64,000 bases of DNA from NCBI GenBank assembly GCA_964188305.1, contig OZ076890.1; one strand, 5' to 3'. The stretch comes from Podarcis bocagei. Its lineage: Eukaryota. Within the stretch, counting starts at the first letter, position 1; every line of letters starts with the position of its first letter. Of this stretch, positions 50,293 to 62,007 are shown in pieces. Under the pieces are notes generated by a model. It had not been told where the DNA came from and searched no databases. It saw only the letters and a list, made by a program, of their open reading frames with translations. A program made the position numbers and the translations under genes.

Positions 50293-51059
50293 CTAGTACC
50301 ATATTGGCAGGAGAAAATGTCCAAACTTTAAACCTTCCTTTTTTCATAGATTTAAAAGTCAGTATCCTCCAAAGTCAATTTGGAGAATACCGACAGGGAA
50401 AGGTTCTGGCAAGTTGTCCCCGCCAACGTAGATTTGTGGATTTAGAGGCACATCTCTGCCCTGCTTCCCAGCCTTCAACAGGGGATGCTTTTCCACCTCT
50501 CCCTGTCTGCCTTTGACTCCTTCTTGGATGCTTTCTGCTGCTTATTACCCACCCCCACCGCTGATACCAACCTGTCCCAAGTCTCCACATGATTCAATAG
50601 AACACAGCGATGCAAACAGCTGTTGCCATGGGGACTGTGACCACATCTTCCGTTGCTGGGGGAGCTCCTGCAGACCTAATGTCTAGGCTGCACTCTAGGA
50701 ACAGCCAAAGGGGCATAAGGATGTAGTAAGAGAGAGTAAATTAGGGCCATTGAATCAAACACCCTGCTCTCCATAATAGCCAACCAGATGCCTTCTAGGA
50801 GAGGCCCACATGGTGGACATGGGGACAGAAGCTCTTCTCTGCTGGTGTGCCATCCAAATACCTCTGAAAGTAAAAGTAAAAGCTTTTATTGAACTGCATC
50901 AAAGGTGAGCGGGTTCTGAAGGGAAAGACCCCTCAATGGTGTTGGCCAACTGTCCAGGTCCAGACTCTGCCTGGCAAAGCTGCATAACAGACAACAGACC
51001 AGCGGGTGCTGACACTCTTCCCGCATCCCCATGGCTTCACCTGTTAATAACTGACCTAG

Positions 51060-51335
51060 TTTCCACATCATGTTAAGCCAAACCATGGTTTATAGTGAAC
51101 GTGCAAGTACGTGGGCTCCGCAAGATGAGATTGTGGCTGCTTTGCTCCTCCCTGGTCATTCTGTTGCTGCACCGTGCTGTGTTAAGCCATGGTCTTGCTT
51201 AATGTGTGATCTGAACCTGGTTTAGCTCTGCAGGACAAAACCATGAGTCATAAACCACAGGACAATTCTTGAATAAAACTCATGGTTAGTTTTGAGAGAG
51301 CAAAACCATGAACCCAGGTTCAGATGACACCTAGG
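51060..51335. mobile_element. Fold-back DNA element fragment (61454 family)
   Basis: Repeated AAACCATG/AAGCCATGG motifs and an ATCTGAACCTGG / CCAGGTTCAGAT inverted pair; similar to 61454-62007. Confidence 0.55.
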
Positions 51336-52010
51336 TCAGCACTTGCAGAATTAAACATTCTTACACTTTGCTTCACCTTTCTCTCCTAATGTTAGAATGC
51401 CGGGGGTGAGGTGGAGAGAATCTTTCAGAATATGTATGTTATTGTTTGCAAGTATATTCCTGTTAGGAGAGAATATATTTAAGAACTTTCCTCCAGAATT
51501 ATTCCAGCACTGATTTATATAACCAAGGTCTGCATAATAAAGGTTCGACTGTGATCATGCCCTTCAGGGCTTTCCTTCATGAAGAACATGTCATAAACAT
51601 TCGTTTTCTTGTAGCAGTGAAACAAAAATAGTCACGGCGACTGATATGCCACGGAACGCCCTGCCATGCTCCGAGCAGTGCGTCCACCCACTTGCATGCT
51701 GCAAAGCAGGAGACACCCTCCTGTCGCCATCTGTATTCCCCTGAGAGACAAAGATGGAAGAGACAACTGAGGAAATTAAGGTAGACAGCTCAGAGACACA
51801 CATACACTCTGACATACAATGCAGAAGAAGACAAACTCACAAGGAAAACTCACGCAGCCCATTAAAGATGGCATCATCAGTGTGTTTGCACTGTATACTT
51901 GTTCCCACTCCATCCAAACGATGAGTATTCACAGCACTGTTTCTTGTCTTCAGTGTAGGCCATACCAAAGCCAGTTATAGAGCAGTCTAGGAAAGAGTCC
52001 TGACATTGTT

Positions 52011-52390
52011 AAATGGAAAACGAGCGAGGTCCCAACCAAAGAAGATGAGCAACTTAAATTGACAGAATATGCGCAGCTTGCAGACTTAACAAATAAAATA
52101 AGAGAACAAGAAGGACATACGTTTAGAGAAGATTGGAAAATGTTTATTGAATATAACTGTGTACAGCTGAGGACACTGGCAGCATTAAGATAAATTCAAC
52201 AGTGTAAATAAGTTTTGATGGATGTAATAATGGAATACTGAATGCTATAGTTTTTGTAAAATATGCAGGGATTTATGATATGTAAAATGAACCATGGAAA
52301 GAGAAGAAAGGAAGTCACTGATATCTTAAGGATGTAAAAATGAGTATTTTAAACTGAAAAACAGAAAATTTAATTTAAAAAAAATATAAA
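52011..52390 (+). mobile_element. L1-clade LINE, 5'-truncated 3' end
   Basis: KWKTSEVPTKEDEQLKLTEYAQLADLTNKIREQ...DWKMFIEY; A-rich tail; 19-bp TSD AAAGAGT(C/A)CTGACATTGTT. Confidence 0.88.
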
Positions 52391-52633
52391 AAAGAGTACT
52401 GACATTGTTCTCATAGCCCATGGCCAACTGACACCTGTACTGCAACATCCAAGGAGGGAAGCTAAAAATTATTAGGGTGGATTCACAGAATCATTCTCCC
52501 ACCATTTGGAGAACTGTGCCCGTCACACCGTATACAAAAGACACACAAAGGAAATTAGTAAAGAGAAGTGCATTGGAATAAAATGAATAGCAATAATAAT
52601 AATCAACACTAAGCTAGGGTGTGTGATATAGAG

Positions 52634-53141
52634 CAGTGTTTCCCAAACGTTTTTGGGCAACGGCACACCTGTTAGCCGGAAAAAAATCTCGCGGCACACC
52701 ACCATTAAAGCCCCGCCCCGTGACGTCAGCGCGCAGCGTCACGCCGGGAGGGACGCACAAAAGCGAAAGTTTTTTCCCTCCCCCTTGCCGGGGTGGGAGG
52801 AGGCAGCAGAGCGAGGGCAGCTGAGGCGGCGGCGGCTGTTGTGGTGGTGGCGGCGATAGCGGGCGGAGGAGGGGGCGGCGGCGGGAGTTGCTGCTGCTGT
52901 TGTTGCTGCTGCTGCCCGGACATGCCGGCCTCCTCCTCCTCCGCTGTCTCGCGATCCTCCCTTTTGCGCGCGCTGCCCCGCCTCTCGGCACCACCACCGC
53001 GGAGCCGCCCCCGGCTCGACGCGGATCCTCGCCGCCGCCGCCGCCTCTCACCGCCCGACTCGCCCGCCTTCCTCCCACGGCACACCAGCCGATGTCTCAC
53101 GGCACACTAGTGTGCCGCGGAACACCGGTTGGGAAACACTG
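52634..53141. mobile_element. hAT non-autonomous element carrying a CpG-island-like cargo (Pack-type candidate)
   Basis: 13-bp perfect TIR CAGTGTTTCCCAA/TTGGGAAACACTG; exact 8-bp TSD ATATAGAG (52626-52633, 53142-53149); subterminal CGGCACAC repeats; very GC- and CpG-rich interior. Confidence 0.92.
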
Positions 53142-56100
53142 ATATAGAGGATACTGTAGGAGCAGGAAAGGGAAGGAAAAAGAATTGGGGGAAAGAAGAG
53201 AAAAAAGAAAAAGAGAAGGAAAGAAGAAAAGGAGGAGAAGAGAGAGGGAGAGTCCCCCACACCACTGTATATTTCTTGACCCCATGAGGTGTCTGGTCAT
53301 CAAATAGCAAAATGCCCAAGAATTCATGGCCAGCCACTCCATGAAGCCCTGAAGACTGAGCACCAAACCGTAGTGTTATAGTGAGAGTCAAGGAGCACTC
53401 ATCTTCTCCTTGGAACAGGTGATTATTGTTCCATGCTTTCTTTCCACCTCCCCTATTCTCTAAATCTCCCTGTCTTCCTGCCATCATGTCCAAACCTGTG
53501 TCATTTGCACCTAAGCATCCCCTCAGGGCTTGTACAGCTCCATTTCAGCCTGCCAAATCCTCAGCACCACTCCTCGCCCCTTATACAGTGACAGTAATAT
53601 TATTCACCTGTCTGTCTCAGTCTCTTTCATAGTTAAGCATAAATCGGCAGTCCAGGAAATGTGGGTTAGGGCAGCTTGCATAAATTTGTACTTGAGCAGC
53701 TAACCATCTTATACTTCTGCAAACATTGCATTTGGTGTTTCAAGCTGCAAAGCTATTTTTGCTCTCTGGCCACCATTTCCACTCTGCACACAGATTAAAC
53801 TTTCCAATCTGAATCCAAATTGGGAATCAATGGCTCTTGCTAATTCCCCCAAGGAATGTACGCAATTATAGTACTCTTCCATATCATCCTTAAATGCAAA
53901 ATGGCTCCGGATTAAGGTTTGGGGCGGGGGGGAATCATGCCTCCATGTGTGTGATCTTCACATGTGTTGAATAATTAGGGACACAAAGAGGTTTAGTGAC
54001 AAATTGTGCTATTTAACTTGCTAATATCGCCCAATGTGGGTGTGCAAATGTGTGCATTCCAACTTTAAATTAGGGGTGCTGGTTGAAAAAGAGACCATAA
54101 AAGGAATTCTAACCAAAAGTGCTGAGTTCTTAGAATTAGTCTGAAAATAACCAAAGCAAGCATTTAGTGGTGACTTTTCCGCACAATTTTTTGGTGTCAG
54201 ATTGGTGCAGTGCTCTTACCTTCAGTTTATAGAGAGAGAAAATAAAAAGCAGGCTGGTGTGTGCTTATGAAACAGGTGTCACAAGCTTCATCGCACTGCA
54301 AGGCACAAAATCCATATGTCACTCCTGGGCGGGTGTGCACTTTTTAAATTAATGCAGACTGCTGCTTCTCTGAAGATTTCCCATGACTGCCATTTCCGAT
54401 TGCTTTTGTTCCGCTGAGAGTGGGACTCCGTAGTTCAGCCCTTACCAGAGAAATGAGTCCTTTTTCTTCTTCTTTTTTCTTTACTATATTTAAAATCCTT
54501 CAGGCAAGCTTTTTATAGTTGCTTTGATTTCCCCGACGGGCGATTTTCAGCCAACTAAACAAGTGATATACAACAGCGTATAGAACAGATGCATGTACCC
54601 ACCAGAATAAAAGGCACAGGGTTCGTTGCTATGTAATCGGATGAATTCTTGGACTCCCCACCACCACCACCAAAGCGATACATTCCCCATGTTAATATCA
54701 CAAGAACTTCGCAGGGAAGTTTGATTGCAATGGATAGATTTTGTGGAAATGTTACCAGGATGCTTGGTTAAATAAATGCATTTGAAATGACTGGCACAAA
54801 TGGATTTTACAATAGAGGAATAGTCCATTGGTGACATTGTGTATATGTGTGTGCGTGGGGCAACTCCTTTGCCCCCCATATAATATTTGGGGGGCTGTCC
54901 CCTCCCAAAGTTAATGGGTATTGCCATTCAAATGGTGTGCATGTGCTGCATCATGTGATCAATTATGCAGGGTGGGGCTTACTTGGTTCCCTTCAATATT
55001 TTATTCAAGTTGGCACGCCTGTGTGTGTATATATGTGTGTGTGTACACACACACACACACACAGTTCCATAGTTGAACAAGAATTTGAACCCAAGCCTGC
55101 CATGTCTTTACCCAACAGTCTATATTCCTTTGATTGCACCCAATAGAGTGGAAGTACCATAGATCTGCAGCACGTTACATTTTGCTAATTTTAAGAGAAT
55201 ATACTTATTAAGTTCACAAATTAACCTCTACAGTGATTTGGTACGGAGGTCCAGAAAGCAAATACCATACAAGCGTTAACTGGACTTTGTAATGACCTGC
55301 AAATGTAATGACTTGCAGATTATAAGCTTCAAGTGTTTTACCGTCCAGAGCCTGACCTGAGGCAGCTTTTACTGTGACCCCATCTTCCACAGAAATGTTT
55401 TTATCTCAAATACAGTCTGCCAACAGGCTGGGTGGTGGTAGATTCATGAAATATCAGAGAACTGAAACCAAAAATCTATGGCCTCTGCCTTGTCAATTCA
55501 TACTATGTCATTGCTTCAAAGCCCCTTCCCTTTCTTTCCATGTCTGGCCAAAAAAGCCCATATATGTTGCACATCAGAAGTGACAAGGCTGTAAATTATT
55601 TCCCCCTTTTTCAGAGATTATCTCTGTGTAGGAAGTTATGGGTTGTATGCAATGTAGGCCTAAGGAACTCATTTTGTGAATGCAAATATCTGCCCTTGCA
55701 TAATGGAAATTCTCTTCTCCTCTCCCCCTGCTCACCTCATGCCCTCCCCAAATCTGCTTCAGAGGGTTGAGGGAAACCCCAGAACATATTTAGGAGGTGC
55801 AGAGGCAGAGAGGAGGGGAGGAAGCTCCACTGCACAAGGGTGAATCCTCGTGCTGATGGAACACCCTAGTTGCATACCACTCTACATGTTGTTGGCTGCT
55901 TTGATAGAATTCAGCCTTCAGGTGGGAGACGAACTGAAAGAAGAGAAAAACTGGTAGAGGATCAGACATGTTTTTATTGTGGGATCAGTGCTCCTCACAC
56001 ATGGAAGTTTTTTTCAGCATCCACCTAACACCGTCGGCATAAAACTGCCATACGTTTCTCTCCACCCACCCAATTTAATCCAGATTTAACCTTTCCAGGG

Positions 56101-56599
56101 GATATCTGATACATCTGTTGCCAGGAACCCATTTATGATATCTGCATGGCCCATTTACAATATCAAGGCCTTACCTGGAAGAACCCTAATTGGCAGAAGG
56201 AACTTAAGATGTCCATCTCCCTTCCCCGAAAGAGGGAGACAGCTTTGAGGTTTTATTTGCAATTAAGCAGGTTGCAAGTTCTGTTAAATTAATGGGTGCA
56301 AATGCCAAGGAAAGCATTATTCTAGTCCAGGGCAAGGATGGCAGAGTCAGTGGAAGAAACCATGAATAATGGTTTTAACTTCGGAAAGGCAGCATACAAA
56401 TAAAACGATTGATTGGTTATTGTGTTTATTTGTTGCTTATTACAAAAATAACTCAAAGCGACTTATATTAATAAAAGCATACATGGTACACAATTTAAAA
56501 TACACCAGAAAGATAAAATAATGTTAATTGGCTGAAAGTGTTGATTCTGCAGTAACTTAAAAAGAGGAAATTCTGCCTTACCCCAATCAAAGATGAACA

Positions 56600-56810
56600 C
56601 CAATACAGTGGAAGCTTGTGTATCCACCAGTTAAGAGTCAAACACTTTGGGTGAACAGGAGCATCTTTGCTTGGCACCTAAAAGCTGATAATAATGGTGC
56701 CAGGCACATCTCTCTGAAGACAGCATTCTACAGTTGGGGAGCCACCACTGAAAAGTCCTATTCTTATTTTGCCACCCTCTGGACCTCACTGCAAGAAGGA
56801 ACACGGATGC
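56600..56810 (-). mobile_element. L2-group LINE 3' fragment (old)
   Basis: Similar to 15100-15400 (GCATTCxACAGTTGGGGAGCCACCACTGAAAAG). Confidence 0.6.
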
Positions 56811-57188
56811 ACACAATGGTACCTTGCTGCTCTTTAATTCTGCCATTTTTTCAAAGCCACTTTTTTTTTGTAGCCTGGTTCCAACCGATGGGCCTACAAG
56901 CCTTAAGAAGCAGCAAAGCAGATCCTGCTCACCCCTCTGTTGCTCATGTCTGCCCTAGGCAGGGAAGAATGAAAGAGTGCTGGAAGTGAGCTGCGCCTAC
57001 AAACTACTTTTCCCACCGACGTCTCTTTTTCATTTCTGGCGGGTGGGGGGCAGCTGTAGCTATTCAAAGGGAAAGGAAGGCACTCTGCACATGCCCAAGG
57101 TCACCTTCCCAGGAATCACTGCATCATACATGACCGAAGGCGGGTCTGCCAGCAGCTGCCTCCTGACCAGTTTATGGCAGAGGCGATT

Positions 57189-57521
57189 TCCCATGGACTG
57201 CAAGAAGATCAAACCTATCCATTCTGAAGGAAATCAGCCCTGAGTGCTCACAGGAACGACAGGTCCTGAGGCTGAGACTCCAATACTTTGGCCACCTCAC
57301 GAGAAGAGAAGACTCCCTGGAAAAGACCCTGATGTCGGGAAAGATGGAGGGCACAAGGAGAAGGAGACGGCAGAGGACGAGATGGTTGGACAGTGTTCTC
57401 GAAGCTACCAGCATGAGTTTGACCAAACTGCGGGAGGCAGTGGAAGACAGAAGTGCCTGGCGTGCTCTGGTCCAGGGGGTCAGGAAGAGTCGGACACGAC
57501 TAAACGACTAAACAACAACAA
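57189..57521 (+). mobile_element. BovB LINE 3' end, 5'-truncated
   Basis: Highly similar to 6508-6839; ends CGACTAAACAACAACAA. Confidence 0.92.
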
Positions 57522-57599
57522 TTTCTCCAGGCAGAGGGAGTGTCTGAAACAAGAGCAGCAGGGAGGGCTCTTAGAAGCAGCGGTGACAAGGGAGGCGGC

Positions 57600-58330
57600 A
57601 GGGAGAGCCAGTGTGGTTTACTGGTTAGAGCGCGAGACTAAGACCTGGGAGACGCCGGTTCCAATCCCCACTCGGGGCCTGAGCGGTTGGAGAAAAAGCG
57701 GAATAAAAAAGCAGAACATAAAATGTGGCCGGAGCGGACTAGGGAATCGAGGCCGGGTCCAAAGGCGGCGCTTGCGCACTGGAGAGCAGCAGGTGTCTAC
57801 CAACGCGCCGCCTCTGCGGAGCCGCCAGCCGGCCTTTTCCGCCACGCGGCTCACGTGGTGCCCCGCTCGGCGGGAGAGAGAGAGAGAGGCGCGCCTTCTC
57901 CTTTCCCGCGCGTGCTCGCGCCCCCTCCTCCTCCGCCCCTAGATGCGCCAGGCGGCCGCGTGCACGGAGAGGGGGGCGCTTCCCACCTGCGCTCCTTCTC
58001 TCTGCAAAGCCCCGAGCCTGGAGCTGGCGCGGCGACGGCTGCCTGCCTGCCTTCCACTTGCCTGCGCCGCGCAAACAATGAGCATGCATGAAGCGGCGGC
58101 GGCGGCGGCAGCAAGTCTAGCTGCATAGAAAGGAAGCGGAGATCCTCCTCCTCCTCCTCCTCCTCTTCTTCCAGAGGAGAAGCCAAGGTGACCACCGCGC
58201 AAGAGGGCTCGTCTCGCTCTCCTGACTGTGTTGTGATCATATATCTATCTGTGTGTCTGTGTGCCATCCATCTCCTCCATGCGTCTGCCCGGGTGGGGAG
58301 GTTATGCCGATAGCCGCCCCCGTCACCCTG
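57600..58330 (+). promoter_or_regulatory. GPR12: GPR12 CpG-island promoter and probable non-coding exon 1
   Basis: Dense CpG ~1 kb upstream of the coding exon; E-box CACGTG at 57852, NRF1-like GCGCTTGCGCA at ~57768, GC boxes; candidate donor AAG|GTGACC at 58188; candidate acceptor AG at ~59045-59047. The TSS cannot be determined from sequence. Confidence 0.7.
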
Positions 58331-59060
58331 CATGACATTTTCCTTTCCCCCCTTTTATGTTTACCTGCCCCCCCTCCTCACTCCGGTTTCCCCCGCTGCC
58401 AAGGTTTTTCAGCATCAGTGCCTCCAAGATCTATTTAAGCCCTGGGTGCTGATAGGCTGCCCTCCCCACTGTACTGGGACTTGCGAGACTTCTTTTATTC
58501 TGTTAAATCGATTACTTTTCAGGGCTCGCTGATAATAAGCTCTCATGCCTGTTTGCAAGGTTACAGATTAACTAATTGCTCCGAAATGGTGGATGTGGAT
58601 TTTTTATGCTTCGAGCACCATGCTGCTTTTCGGTCTTTAAATAAAACTTGGGTGTCGTCTACGTGCGTGTGCTTTTAAAATCCTTATCTCCAACAGCTCT
58701 AGCCGTCGTATCGCATTATATTATCGAGGGCAGGACCCCATATCTCTGCAATTGTCCTTAATTATTTTGATATGAAGGAGCAGGTGGGGGCAAGTGTTGC
58801 TCTGATCTCGTTTGCCTTCCTTTCATTTTCCTTTGAAATCCTGTTTCAAATCCATTGTGTTTCCTCTCACCACCCACATTTTGTACAGTCATGTTTATGT
58901 AATGGGTGCCTGCCCGGTAGATTTAGGCTGTTTTACGGCAGGTGGGGGAGGGAGGGGGCTATTTTTTATTTTTATTTTTTGCATGCTCCTTTAAAAGTGC
59001 TGTTTATCTGAGCAATAAAATGAAAAAATTGTCTTTTCGTTGAAGAGGACGGGTTTAAAT

Positions 59061-60065
59061 ATGAACGAAGACCCAACGGTTAATTTAACGTGGCTGCCTC
59101 CGGATCACTTAGAAGCCAGTCCGGCAGAGAATGTCACGGCTGCAGTCACCTCCCTGATTCCTGCCGGTGACCCAGAGCCAGAGTTCATAGTAAACCCCTG
59201 GGATATTGTCTTGTGTACTTCAGGAACCCTTATCTCCTGTGAAAATGCCGTGGTGGTCCTTATTATCTTCCATAATCCTAGTCTCCGTGCCCCTATGTTC
59301 CTCCTGATAGGAAGCCTGGCCTTGGCTGATCTCTTGGCAGGGATCGGATTGATCTTCAATTTTATCTTTGCCTACCTTCTCCAGTCGGAATCTACCAAGC
59401 TGGTCACGGTTGGACTGATCGTTGCCTCTTTCTCTGCCTCTGTCTGCAGCTTGCTGGCTATCACGGTTGACCGTTACCTCTCCCTCTATTATGCTTTGAC
59501 TTACAATTCGGAGAGGACTGTCACTTTCACCTATATCATGCTGGTTCTGCTCTGGGGAGCTTCCATTTGTATCGGGCTGCTACCTATAATGGGCTGGAAC
59601 TGCCTGAAAGACGAGTCCACCTGCAGTGTGATCCGGCCGCTCACTAAAAATAACGCGGCCATCCTTTCTGTCTCTTTCTTGCTCATGTTTGCTCTCATGC
59701 TCCAGCTGTACATTCAGATCTGCAAAATCGTGATGCGCCATGCCCATCAGATCGCCTTGCAGCACCACTTCCTGGCCACTTCCCACTATGTGACGACCCG
59801 AAAAGGAGTGTCCACCTTAGCCATTATCCTGGGGACCTTTGCCGCTTGCTGGATGCCTTTCACACTCTATTCTTTAATAGCCGACTACACCTATCCTTCA
59901 ATATACACCTACGCGACTCTCCTCCCGGCCACGTACAATTCCATCATCAACCCTGTAATATATGCTTTCCGAAACCAAGAAATCCAAAAGGCACTTTGGC
60001 TCATTTGCTGCGGCTGCATTCCTTCCAACCTTTCGGCACGGGCGAGATCTCCGAGCGATGTTTGA
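59061..60065 (+). CDS. GPR12: G protein-coupled receptor 12 (orphan class A GPCR, GPR3/6/12 family), 334 aa, intronless CDS
   Basis: Seven hydrophobic segments; NPWDIVLCTSGTLISCENA, LALADLL, DRY, CWMP and NPVIY motifs; C-terminal ICCGC and RSPSDV; N-terminus MNED...; ATG at 59061 has A at -3. Confidence 0.97.
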   Translation: MNEDPTVNLTWLPPDHLEASPAENVTAAVTSLIPAGDPEPEFIVNPWDIVLCTSGTLISCENAVVVLIIFHNPSLRAPMFLLIGSLALADLLAGIGLIFNFIFAYLLQSESTKLVTVGLIVASFSASVCSLLAITVDRYLSLYYALTYNSERTVTFTYIMLVLLWGASICIGLLPIMGWNCLKDESTCSVIRPLTKNNAAILSVSFLLMFALMLQLYIQICKIVMRHAHQIALQHHFLATSHYVTTRKGVSTLAIILGTFAACWMPFTLYSLIADYTYPSIYTYATLLPATYNSIINPVIYAFRNQEIQKALWLICCGCIPSNLSARARSPSDV

Positions 60066-60555
60066 TTAAGAGAGAGGACGGACGTTCATTTAGCGTTGTG
60101 TTACATGGCTTTGCTGCTTTCATTGCATTGTACATAACAGATTCACACTCGAGCCACAGGGAGTATTGACCTTTTTTAAAGAAAGGGAGGAAAGGAAAGG
60201 AAAACCCTGTTGACCCAAATAAACCATGTTGTGCAGTTTCAGGTTCATGCCTAAAAGCTAAATCACCTCTTTGCCAACTTTTGAGTGTTGCTTATATTCT
60301 GCTCTTGTTGGGGATGGGGAACTAATTCCCTTAGATCCAACTATTTCTCCCAGGCTTCACCATATCAGTTGAAAGGGGATGTTAGATGTAGATCTGATTT
60401 CTCCCTATGAGAGAAAGTTGCCCATGTGCACCACTTGCAAGAACCCACTTGCACCAAAATGTAAGACGAGGTACACATAGAGTTCCTGTTCAGGAGCAAG
60501 CAAGTCCACAACCCAACTTACTTGGGAAACAATTTCATTAACTTTACTAAGACTA

Positions 60556-60907
60556 GGTAAAGGTAAAGGGACCCCTGACTGTTAGGTCCAGTCACGGATG
60601 ACTCTAGGGTTGTGGCGCTCATCTCGCATTATTGGCCGAGGGAGCCGGCGTACAGCTTCCGGGTCATGTGGCCGGCATGACTAAGCCGCTTCTGGCGAAC
60701 CAGAGTAGCGCACGGAAACACTGTTTACCTTCCCACTGGAGCGGTACCTATTTATCTACTTGCACTTTGACGTGCTTTCGAACTGCTAGGTTAGCAGGAG
60801 CAGGGACCAAGCAACAGGAGCTCACCCCGTCATGGGGATTCGAACCGCCGACCTTCTGATCGGCAAGCCCTAGGCTCTGTGGTCTAACCCACAGCGCTAC
60901 TCACGTC
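60556..60907 (-). mobile_element. Sauria SINE downstream of the GPR12 stop (possibly within the 3' UTR)
   Basis: (AAAGGT)n plus full SINE body; TSD TAAGACTAG (60548-60556, 60912-60920). Confidence 0.92.
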
Positions 60908-61453
60908 TTAATAAGACTAGTCCAGAGTAAATGGGTTTTGAATTCGTCTCTCTCTCTCTCTATTGTTTCTGATGTATTTAAGAGACACAGATCTACAGAC
61001 TTGCATTTTAGGACACAAGCAAATGACATTCAATGAGAGTTACACATGAGGTGGACTGTGGTCAAGAGATAGTCATCCGCAACAGGAACTAGTGGCTTGA
61101 GATACCAGACTGGGGTGTACACAGTGGCCTGCAGTGGTGCTGAGATTTCACCACCACACAGTTTCATGTGGATGCCTACATAGGATGACTTCCTTCCGGA
61201 TCCTGGTGTTGGAGGAAGGACATGCCAATGTATATCCACATCAGATGCACGTGTTTGGTTCCTGTTCTATGAAGGGAATCCATGCAGAGAAGTTTGCCTA
61301 AAATGTGACCTCGGAAGTTACATTGTTTCCCAGAAATCTCTAAATGAGCAAAAAATTTGTCTTTCCCCCAGTTGTTTACGCAACTGAGACCAGTTATGCT
61401 GCTTTTTTCTTTTTAGTATTATGAAAAACCCCATCCCTTTTGGTCTTCAGCCT

Positions 61454-62007
61454 AGTTCACATATAAGCGTAAGCTAAACCATGGGTTAGTGTAAGTATGC
61501 AGGTTCCCAGAGAAGAGATGGTAGCTGTTGTGCTCCTCTTCTGGTCCTCCTCCTGCTGCACTGCCAAGAGCTAAGCCATGGTTTGGCTTAGCATGTCATC
61601 TGAACCCTGGAGCTGAGGTTTGTCCTGCTTCAGGCAAACCATTAGTTTTAACTGGTGCTCCCCCCCCCCCCGAAAAATAGGTACTGATACTCACCATGAA
61701 GTCGTTACAGTAAGTGCCACACTTTTTAACAACAACAACAGAGGTGCCAGTACTGTGTACCCTTGAGTACCCCCTGGGGGGGAAAACACCGGTTTTAACT
61801 AATATTTCTTTTTGGGGGGGTTTACAGCTTGTGGTTTGTCTTGGGAGAGCAAACAATGATCCCATGTGTGGATAACACACCAAGCCAAAGAATAGCTTAG
61901 CTCAAAGCAGTGCAGCAGGACGAGAACAAGGGGAAGAGTGCAGAGAGTCTCTCAAGAACCTTTGCAGTTGTGCCAACCCAAGGTTTGGCTTACCTTATGT
62001 GTGAACT
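61454..62007. mobile_element. Large fold-back (palindromic) DNA element with a nested hAT MITE (61653-61791)
   Basis: Ends AGTTCACATATAAG / CTTATGTGTGAACT with diverged ~190-bp inverted arms; the nested MITE has exact TSD GTTTTAAC. Confidence 0.7.

Noticed and set aside
52726-53100. PolyQ/polyP ORF as an exon of a resident gene, or a native CpG island
   Set aside because: It is wholly enclosed by hAT TIRs and an exact TSD, with no supporting neighbouring exons; treated as transposon cargo.
57244-57942. 232-aa ORF upstream of GPR12
   Set aside because: Non-ATG start; a chimera of an off-frame BovB tail and stop-poor CpG island.
58150-58193. 13-nt microexon (pyrimidine tract-CAG ... AAG|GT)
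   Set aside because: The pyrimidine tract is a (CCT)n repeat and no upstream donor is evident; the simpler reading is the end of exon 1.
59040-59060. N-terminal extension MKRTGLN of the 341-aa track ORF
   Set aside because: It starts at TTG and overlaps the probable splice acceptor; ATG 59061 gives the expected MNED start.
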